Source of the DNA: a virus
Taxonomy: Duplodnaviria; Heunggongvirae; Uroviricota; Caudoviricetes
Virus record (IMG/VR): IMGVR_UViG_2563366848_000004
Length of the DNA stretch: 42,367 bases
Reading direction: 5' to 3' (one strand)
The translations under genes were made by a program, and so were the position numbers. Below the pieces are notes generated by a model. The model was not told the DNA's origin. It ran no database searches and saw only the letters and a program-made list of their open reading frames with translations. The number at the start of each line of letters is the position of its first letter. The stretch's first letter is position 1. This document shows positions 36,565 to 42,367 of this stretch, in pieces.

Positions 36565-36702
36565 GTGATTAATTTTAGCAAACTGATACGGGAGTTGCGA
36601 GTCATGGGCGAAAAACTACCCAACTGGAAATTCTTCCTCATCTGGGCCGTGTTCTTTTTATTCGGTCTGTCAAGCGTTATTAGCGCTATACGCTGGTGGT
36701 GA
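36565..36702 (+). CDS. small membrane protein (45 aa)
   Basis: Hand-translated (below track cut-off) MINFSKLIRELRVMGEKLPNWKFFLIWAVFFLFGLSSVISAIRWW; GTG start with AGGGAGA SD; stop 3 nt before the next gene's ATG. Confidence 0.35.
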   Translation: MINFSKLIRELRVMGEKLPNWKFFLIWAVFFLFGLSSVISAIRWW

Positions 36703-36705
36703 TTT

Positions 36706-37059
36706 ATGCGATACCGACGCGAAGATGCTGACGGCGATTACACTTTCGGGCAGGGTGACAACACCTTCCTTATCGACAGCCCGGAGTGCGTTGCCCAGGC
36801 CGTAAAAACCCGTTTCGAGCTGTGGCGAGGTCAGTGGTTTCTCGACCTGACAGAAGGCACGCCGTATGTCCAGTCAGTGCTGGGTAAGCAGCGTTCTGAC
36901 GTCTACATCCTGGCTATACGCGAACGCATACAGGACACACCGGGCGTTCTGTCGATTCTTTCCTTTGATACCAATTATGACGGCACCAGTCGCCGCGTTA
37001 CCTTCACCTCCTCCATTGACACAATCTACGGCCAGACGACTGTAACAAGCGAGGCATAA
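36706..37059 (+). CDS. baseplate protein (gpW/gp25-like, putative)
   Basis: 117-aa ORF immediately upstream of the baseplate J-like gene. Confidence 0.55.
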   Translation: MRYRREDADGDYTFGQGDNTFLIDSPECVAQAVKTRFELWRGQWFLDLTEGTPYVQSVLGKQRSDVYILAIRERIQDTPGVLSILSFDTNYDGTSRRVTFTSSIDTIYGQTTVTSEA

Positions 37060-38259
37060 ATGGCTTTGAACCTCGACACGCTGGGGCTATCGGCAACGGT
37101 AACCGCCCAGGGGATTAGTGCGCCTGATTACCAGACAATCCTAGATACACTGACCAGCTATTTCAGGCAGATTTACGGTAGTGATGCCTACCTCGAACCA
37201 GACAGCAAAGACGGGCAGATGGTCGCGCTGGTGGCTCTTGCCGTGCATGACGCTAACAACACCGCTATCGGGATCTACAACTCTTTTTCACCGACGACAG
37301 CGCAGGCCGCAGCGCTTAGCAGCAATGTAAAAATTAACGGGATCACGCGAAAAGTAGCGACAAACTCTACAGCTGACCTTCTGTTAACCGGTACGGCAGG
37401 CACGACTATCTCGAATGGTTCTGCACGGGATAAAAACGGCATAATCTGGAATTTTCCAGCGAGTGTAGCGATCGGCGTTGATGGTACTGTGCTGGTGACG
37501 GCCACATGTGCGAATAGCGGTTCGGTTGCGGCGATGGCCGGGACTATCACCACCATTAACACACCGACTCGCGGCTGGGTGTCGGTAACCAACCCGGCTG
37601 CGGCTACTGTCGGTTCACCAGCAGAAACCGACGCAGAGCTGCGCATTCGGCAGGGGCAAAGCGTAGCGCTATCATCGATCACACCGTTTGAAGGCGTCGA
37701 CGGTGCGATCGCCAACGTTGCGGGCGTGACACGTCACAAGCTCTACGAAAATGATACTGGAGCAACCGACAGCAACGGGTTGCCACCGCATTCAATTTCC
37801 GCCATCGTTGAGGGAGGGGATGTTACTGAAATAGCCCAGACCATCAGGGGGAATAAAGGGCAGGGAACCGCAACTTACGGTACAACTTCTGTCACCGTGC
37901 CGGATACTTACGGTAATCCTCACGTCATCAGTTTTTCGCGTTCTACCGATGTGCCAATTTTTGTAGCCATTACCCTGAAAGTTTTTACCGGGTATACATC
38001 TCAAATCGGCGAGCAGATAAAACAGGCTGTTGCCGATTATATAAATGGCCTGGCAATTGGCGATGACGTTCTGCTGAGTCGCATTTACTCACCGGCGAAT
38101 CTTGGCGTGGTGAGTGGCGGGAATGCACGCTATTACGATATTCAGGAACTGACGATTGGGAAATCCCCGGGGGCTTTGTCGTCATCAAACATTGATATCA
38201 GATACAACGAATCTGCGTCCTGTACACCGGAAAATATCGTTATAACGGTGGAGTCATGA
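37060..38259 (+). CDS. baseplate J-like protein
   Basis: 399-aa ORF; size and position between W-like and I-like genes typical of baseplate J. Confidence 0.7.
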   Translation: MALNLDTLGLSATVTAQGISAPDYQTILDTLTSYFRQIYGSDAYLEPDSKDGQMVALVALAVHDANNTAIGIYNSFSPTTAQAAALSSNVKINGITRKVATNSTADLLLTGTAGTTISNGSARDKNGIIWNFPASVAIGVDGTVLVTATCANSGSVAAMAGTITTINTPTRGWVSVTNPAAATVGSPAETDAELRIRQGQSVALSSITPFEGVDGAIANVAGVTRHKLYENDTGATDSNGLPPHSISAIVEGGDVTEIAQTIRGNKGQGTATYGTTSVTVPDTYGNPHVISFSRSTDVPIFVAITLKVFTGYTSQIGEQIKQAVADYINGLAIGDDVLLSRIYSPANLGVVSGGNARYYDIQELTIGKSPGALSSSNIDIRYNESASCTPENIVITVES

Positions 38260-38936
38260 GCAAATACACCGAACTGATCACGAACTACCACGCCACCAAA
38301 CCTAAATTTCTTGCACATGTTGATCTGATGACCCGGCCGCTTATTGATGTTGCGGCTGCCACCAGAGGGCTGATTACTGCATTTGATATTGACTCTGCGG
38401 TTGGTGTGCAACTTGACATTCTGGGATTGTGGATCGGACGCAGCCGTGTTGTCAGCCAGCCTATCTCAGGTGTTTATTTCAGCTGGGATACCGACGGGCT
38501 TGGATATGATCAGGGTGTATGGCAGGGGCCATACGATCCTGATTCCGGATACATGTACCTCAGCGATGAAACTTATCGTGTCATCCTTAAAGCGAAGATT
38601 GCGATTAATAACTGGGACGGACGGAATGATTCGCTTCCAGCAATTCTTGACGCGGCGACAGCAGGATCCGGACTGCGAATGCAGATAGTCGATAACCAGG
38701 ACATGACGATATCGGTCTGGCTCTTTCCTGATACTGATATTTCAGATGTATCGCGTGAGTTAATTGCTGCAATTAAACAGGGCTATCTCACAGTAAAAGC
38801 CGCTGGCGTCTGGGCCGGTGGCATTGAAATACCCTCGGTGGAAACGCCCAGCGAGGGCACCCGATTCTTTGGGTTCGACATGGACAATGACTATATCGTC
38901 GGTTTCGACGCCGGCGCATGGGGGAAATTACTCTGA
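38256..38936 (+). CDS. tail protein I-like (baseplate wedge/fibre attachment, putative)
   Basis: 226-aa ORF with ATGA-type overlap with neighbours, directly upstream of the tail fibre. Confidence 0.55.
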   Translation: MSKYTELITNYHATKPKFLAHVDLMTRPLIDVAAATRGLITAFDIDSAVGVQLDILGLWIGRSRVVSQPISGVYFSWDTDGLGYDQGVWQGPYDPDSGYMYLSDETYRVILKAKIAINNWDGRNDSLPAILDAATAGSGLRMQIVDNQDMTISVWLFPDTDISDVSRELIAAIKQGYLTVKAAGVWAGGIEIPSVETPSEGTRFFGFDMDNDYIVGFDAGAWGKLL

Positions 38937-39838
38937 TGGCTAAAAATGAATTTAAACCATTTGCAACTGGCTCTGGTGCTAACGTAACAACTCAGACAGA
39001 CTGGGAATCATTACCTGTCCTATCTGCTGGCTTTACATCGGGGAAGGCATCAAGTGCTCAGGTGAACAAAGGTCTGAGGCAAGGAACGGCAATGGCGGCT
39101 GCTGTGGGGCAGTTTATCGCAGATAATACCAATGAGGATGTGAAAGATAATGGTGATATTGCGGGGCTCTCTGCGCAATTAGCGAGTGCGGTAGAGCAGG
39201 CTGCAACAGGACGGCTTATTGGTGTTCGCACAATAACGATATCCGGGACTTATACGCCAACCCCAGGAACGAAAAGCATTATTGTTGAAGTCCAAGGCGC
39301 AGGCGGAGGAGGGGGCGGGGTTGGTACAACTAACTCTACCAGTGTTGCAGTTGGGTGTGGGGGGGGAAGTGGCGCCTACGCTAAATCCCGTATCGCCAAT
39401 TTAGACTCAGCATACACCGTAATTATTGGTGCTGGTGGTGCTGGTGGAGTAAATGGTAATGGAGGGAATGGAGGTAGCACTTCTTTTGGAACGATTACCG
39501 CAGGTGGCGGATATGGTGGTGGTTCAAGTAACTCCGTTCCTCCAATTATCCAGAATGCTTCTGGAATTCCTACAGCCACTGGTGGGAATATCATAAACTT
39601 ATCTGGAAATAACCCTAGCATAGGCATGGCATTTTCTGCCAACGTCATTATTTCGGGAGGAGGTGCTAGTAGTATATTAGGGGCTGGTGGTAGCCCACAC
39701 GGTACAGCAGGCATTGGTAGAGAAGCTACCGGCTATGGTGCTGGAGGTGGTGGCGCAAATGCATATCAAAATAGCAGCGCACAATACAATGGTGCATCTG
39801 GTAGCAGTGGGGTTGTTATTGTCTGGGAGTATGCATAA
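38936..39838 (+). CDS. tail fibre protein with glycine-rich C-terminal domain
   Basis: Start at ATG overlapping upstream stop (MAKNEFKPFATGSGANVTTQTDWESL..., a conserved fibre N-terminus); C-terminal half is Gly-rich repeats (GAGGGGGGVG, GAGGAGGVNGNGGNGG) with lower GC. Confidence 0.75.
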   Translation: MAKNEFKPFATGSGANVTTQTDWESLPVLSAGFTSGKASSAQVNKGLRQGTAMAAAVGQFIADNTNEDVKDNGDIAGLSAQLASAVEQAATGRLIGVRTITISGTYTPTPGTKSIIVEVQGAGGGGGGVGTTNSTSVAVGCGGGSGAYAKSRIANLDSAYTVIIGAGGAGGVNGNGGNGGSTSFGTITAGGGYGGGSSNSVPPIIQNASGIPTATGGNIINLSGNNPSIGMAFSANVIISGGGASSILGAGGSPHGTAGIGREATGYGAGGGGANAYQNSSAQYNGASGSSGVVIVWEYA

Positions 39839-40026
39839 TGAAATACGCTATTATTGAAAATAACATCGTAAAGAATTTGGTTTTATGGAACGGTAAAGGA
39901 GATTTACTTGGTGTGTCACAGCGTTATAAAGTCGATGATGACATAACTGTAAATATCGGAGATGAAGTTAGAGTCAATAATGGAGTGTTAGAAATTGTAA
40001 GTAAATATCCATTTTTCCCATTGTAA
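39838..40026 (+). CDS. small protein coupled to the tail fibre (possible fibre assembly chaperone)
   Basis: 62-aa AT-rich ORF whose ATG overlaps the fibre stop (TAATG). Confidence 0.45.
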   Translation: MKYAIIENNIVKNLVLWNGKGDLLGVSQRYKVDDDITVNIGDEVRVNNGVLEIVSKYPFFPL

Positions 40027-40077
40027 TTTAAAAGATGGGGGTGTCTTCATAGTTGCCCCCACATAGATATCACTATT

Positions 40078-41124
40078 TTATTTGTTATTTTCTTCTAACG
40101 TTATATGTTTGATTGATTCTCTGTTGTAAGTATAAGTTATATGTATTTTCCCATTTGAGCTTTGTATAATCGCAGGATAGGAGAACTCTTTTCCCTCTTG
40201 TGATTCCAGCGTTAACACATTACCCCATGTTTTCCCGTTATCATTAGATCTGGAAATAGACAAGATGCTTCTGTCTTTCCCTGGGTTATGCACAATTAAC
40301 CCTGTACCATCTCGTAATACGATGCCGTCAACACCACTATTAGTTGAGGGTATCGTGCTTTTTCTTAGCGTAGTCCATGAGTGACCACTATCTGATGACT
40401 GAGATTCCATTAATACTCCTTGATCGCTGCGAGTATACATTTTTATCTCATTATCACGGAATTTTAATAGCGTTGGTTGTATAGCTGAGGTGCCTGTAGG
40501 TTTCGATACTTCTATCTTATTAAAATTCTTCATGTTACTGGTTGTTTCTATGTGAACAAACCATCCCTTATCATTCTCCTCACTGGAAGGGAACAAAACG
40601 TTCTTTCCAGAAAGAATTGGCTTGTTTTTTATTGGCCCGTAAATTCCGTTTGGCAATGCTTGTTTTTTACTCCAACTTAACCCATTGTTGGTCGAAGTAA
40701 TATATTTACCTTCCCATGTGCTAGGTGTTTTTCCTACTTTATAGAAAAGGTATGTTTTATTATGTATATTGAATAAAACTGGATTCCATGTAGGAAGCGG
40801 CTTGCCATCCTCACTGCCATAGGCAACAACGCGCGGTTTTGACCATCCGGATTCAGTCATGGAGGATTGCCAAATCTTTACGTCATCATCACCCTCTTTT
40901 GTCCCACCAAACCATGAGACAAGGATGGTTCCATTACTCATCTCTGCAATAGTGCTTGCGTGAGATTCTTTTATCAACCCCAGTGGGAAGATCAATTCTT
41001 GCTTTATAATTTTAAATGTGCTTTCAGCGTGTGCTAATAGTGATAGCTGAAAAGTTAGAAAGCCTAAAATGAAATAAACATATTTACGCATCTTTGCCAT
41101 TCTATAAAAATTTAACATTATCAT
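40078..41124 (-). CDS. secreted BNR/Asp-box repeat protein (sialidase/glycosidase-like), moron
   Basis: 348-aa ORF with AGGGAG SD; N-terminal signal-peptide-like segment ending LLAHA; three Asp-box-like motifs (STNNGLSWS, SSDSGHSWT, SRSNDNGKTWG); AT-rich; opposite strand to the tail genes. Confidence 0.7.
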   Translation of the reverse strand: MIMLNFYRMAKMRKYVYFILGFLTFQLSLLAHAESTFKIIKQELIFPLGLIKESHASTIAEMSNGTILVSWFGGTKEGDDDVKIWQSSMTESGWSKPRVVAYGSEDGKPLPTWNPVLFNIHNKTYLFYKVGKTPSTWEGKYITSTNNGLSWSKKQALPNGIYGPIKNKPILSGKNVLFPSSEENDKGWFVHIETTSNMKNFNKIEVSKPTGTSAIQPTLLKFRDNEIKMYTRSDQGVLMESQSSDSGHSWTTLRKSTIPSTNSGVDGIVLRDGTGLIVHNPGKDRSILSISRSNDNGKTWGNVLTLESQEGKEFSYPAIIQSSNGKIHITYTYNRESIKHITLEENNK

Positions 41125-41192
41125 ATGGTAACACTCCCTGATCTAAAAAAAAACGCTACGTATGGAAACACGCAACGAGCATGCATAGTCTC

Positions 41193-41502
41193 GTCATCAT
41201 GAATCGCCACGGGTTTAACAGACACCTCAGAGTCATTTAAGATGGCTTAAAGAGAGGTGCCCATGAGCGGTAAGCGTTATCCCGAAGAGTTTAAAACTGA
41301 AGCAGTCAAACAGGTTGTTGATCGCGGTTATTCTGTTGCCAGCGTTGCAACACGTCTCGATATCACCACCCACAGCCTTTATGCCTGGATAAAGAAGTAC
41401 GGTCCGGATTCTTCCACTAATAAAGAACAGTCAGATGCTCAGGCCGAGATCCGCCGTCTCCAGAAAGAGCTGAAACGGGTTTGTAGCTTCCTGCCAGCTT
41501 AA
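41193..41502 (+). mobile_element. IS3-family insertion sequence remnant (left end with truncated orfA)
   Basis: TGAATCGCCACGGG... resembles an IS3-family terminal repeat start; followed by an orfA-like HTH ORF that ends prematurely; no orfB or right end present. Confidence 0.45.
41263..41502 (+). pseudogene. IS3-family transposase OrfA fragment
   Basis: MSGKRYPEEFKTEAVKQVVDRGYSVASVATRLDITTHSLYAWIKKYG...EIRRLQKELKRV resembles IS3-family OrfA (HTH plus start of leucine zipper), then diverges into a short non-homologous tail and stops. Confidence 0.5.
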
Positions 41503-41733
41503 TAATTCGCGACCACCATCGGCACCTCGCCCGTCATCCCAGATACGAATGAAATCACCGCGGGCTTCAGGTAATACCAGTGAAGGAAACACTTTCGCCA
41601 GCACAGGGTAATCAGAGGCAGAAAATTTCGCCACGTTGAACTTCAAAAACACCATACTGGACCAGCTGTCGATTACAGTATTTGGCATTGCAGCGGACGG
41701 CCAGAAGAACGGAACGCCAATAGCTGGAGCACC

Positions 41734-41759
41734 TTCTCCCAAACCAACCTTTTTTATAA
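41734..41759. other. hix/gix-like invertase crossover site (degenerate)
   Basis: TTCTCCCAAACCAACCTTTTTTATAA matches hixL (TTCTTGAAAACCAAGGTTTTTGATAA, from memory) at 20 of 26 positions including the AA core; about 60 bp upstream of the invertase start. Confidence 0.35.
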
Positions 41760-41818
41760 CCATCAAAAATCTGGTGATGCTTCGCCGTTTCTCCTGTTTT
41801 CATAACAGGAGAAATCCC

Positions 41819-42367
41819 ATGATTTACGGTTATGCCCGAGTATCAACAAACCACCAGGACACTGAATTGCAACTAACGGCGCTCAAGTCAGCGGGTTGTG
41901 AGAAAATTTTTGAAGAGCATGCCAGCGGGAGGAAATCGAATCGGCCGGTTCTAAAACGGCTGATCGCCACTATGCAGCCGGGGGATGAACTGGTGGTCTG
42001 GAAGCTGGACAGGATAGGCCGCAACGTTCTGCATGCGCTGTTGATGTTCCAGCAGTTACAGGAAAAGGGTATCAACTTCCGCAGTATTACCGATGGCGTG
42101 GATCTCAAAACAGCCAGCGGCCGCTATAACTTTCGTAACATCCTTTCCGCAGCACAATATGAATCTGATCTTAATAGCGGACGTACCTTAGCAGGGCTGG
42201 CCGTAGCCAGGGCAAAAGGGCGAGTTGGTGGTCGCAGGCCTAAGTTCACGGATGAGCAATGGCGGGAAATGGGGGAGCGGATGGCAACCGGTGAATCACG
42301 ACAAAGCGTATCAAAAACGTATGGAGTAGGGCTCTCAACTCTGTATAAAAAGTTTCCAGCTAGTTGA
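41819..42367 (+). CDS. serine recombinase, DNA invertase (Pin/Gin/Hin family)
   Basis: Start at ATG 41819 with AGGAGAAA SD (track ORF has a spurious 61-codon N-terminal extension); MIYGYARVSTNHQDTELQ catalytic-serine N-terminus, resolvase core and C-terminal HTH (SVSKTYGVGLSTLYKKF). Confidence 0.85.
   Translation: MIYGYARVSTNHQDTELQLTALKSAGCEKIFEEHASGRKSNRPVLKRLIATMQPGDELVVWKLDRIGRNVLHALLMFQQLQEKGINFRSITDGVDLKTASGRYNFRNILSAAQYESDLNSGRTLAGLAVARAKGRVGGRRPKFTDEQWREMGERMATGESRQSVSKTYGVGLSTLYKKFPAS

Noticed and set aside
40030-40077. Terminator between the fibre-coupled ORF and the BNR gene
   Set aside because: Only a GGGGG/CCCCC stem with a 14-nt loop and a weak T-tract; too poor to annotate as a terminator.
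38936-41124. Active invertible tail-fibre segment (G-segment type) spanning the fibre and the minus-strand gene
   Set aside because: The minus-strand gene has its own start and signal peptide and is not fibre-like, there is no minus-strand chaperone, and no inverted partner crossover site was found; reported instead as a degenerate switch.
1-42367. CRISPR arrays, rRNA or tRNA genes
   Set aside because: No regularly spaced direct repeats with unique spacers, and no cloverleaf-like or rRNA-like conserved segments seen by eye. The Gly-codon repeats in the tail fibre and the O-gene iterons are coding or origin repeats, not CRISPR. A tRNA scan was not possible without tools.

Overview
The window is almost entirely one lambdoid, Rac-like prophage of an enterobacterial host, read by eye from the sequence and the ORF track with no database searches. 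Left to right: a tyrosine integrase starting at base 1 (+), then a minus-strand early arm (AlpA-like xis, a small ORF, a RecT/Bet-family annealing protein, a roughly 970-aa RecE-like exonuclease, two small ORFs), an immunity switch with matching OL-like and OR-like operator/promoter units flanking the repressor, a Cro/YdaS-like gene, lambda-like O (with in-gene iterons) and P, a nin-like region (DinI-family gene behind a LexA box, YbcO-like, RusA, Q), a lysis cassette (holins, GH19 endolysin, overlapping Rz/Rz1 spanins), terminase, portal and head genes, a contractile-tail module (sheath, tube, chaperone with a -1 frameshift extension, tape measure with a C-terminal SLT domain, baseplate J/I/W/V-like genes), a tail fibre, and a Pin/Hin-like serine invertase at the right edge. 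Neither att site is inside the window, and I found no rRNA, tRNA or CRISPR array. Several AT-rich inserts interrupt the backbone. The most interesting is in the repressor operon, where lambda carries rexAB and Rac carries sieB: an AT-rich 435-aa protein with proteasome-beta/HslV-like N-terminal-nucleophile motifs, followed 5 nt later by a strong SD and a 34-aa ORF, then a terminator. I do not recognise it as any described defence family and flag it as the candidate novel system. Other accessory cargo includes a membrane protein at the Q-lysis junction, a two-gene cassette inside the baseplate block, a secreted BNR/sialidase-like protein on the opposite strand after the tail fibre, and an IS3-family remnant beside a hix-like site. 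Product names rest on remembered family signatures and gene order; coordinates of starts inside track ORFs were computed by codon offset, and non-coding site coordinates are approximate to a few bases.
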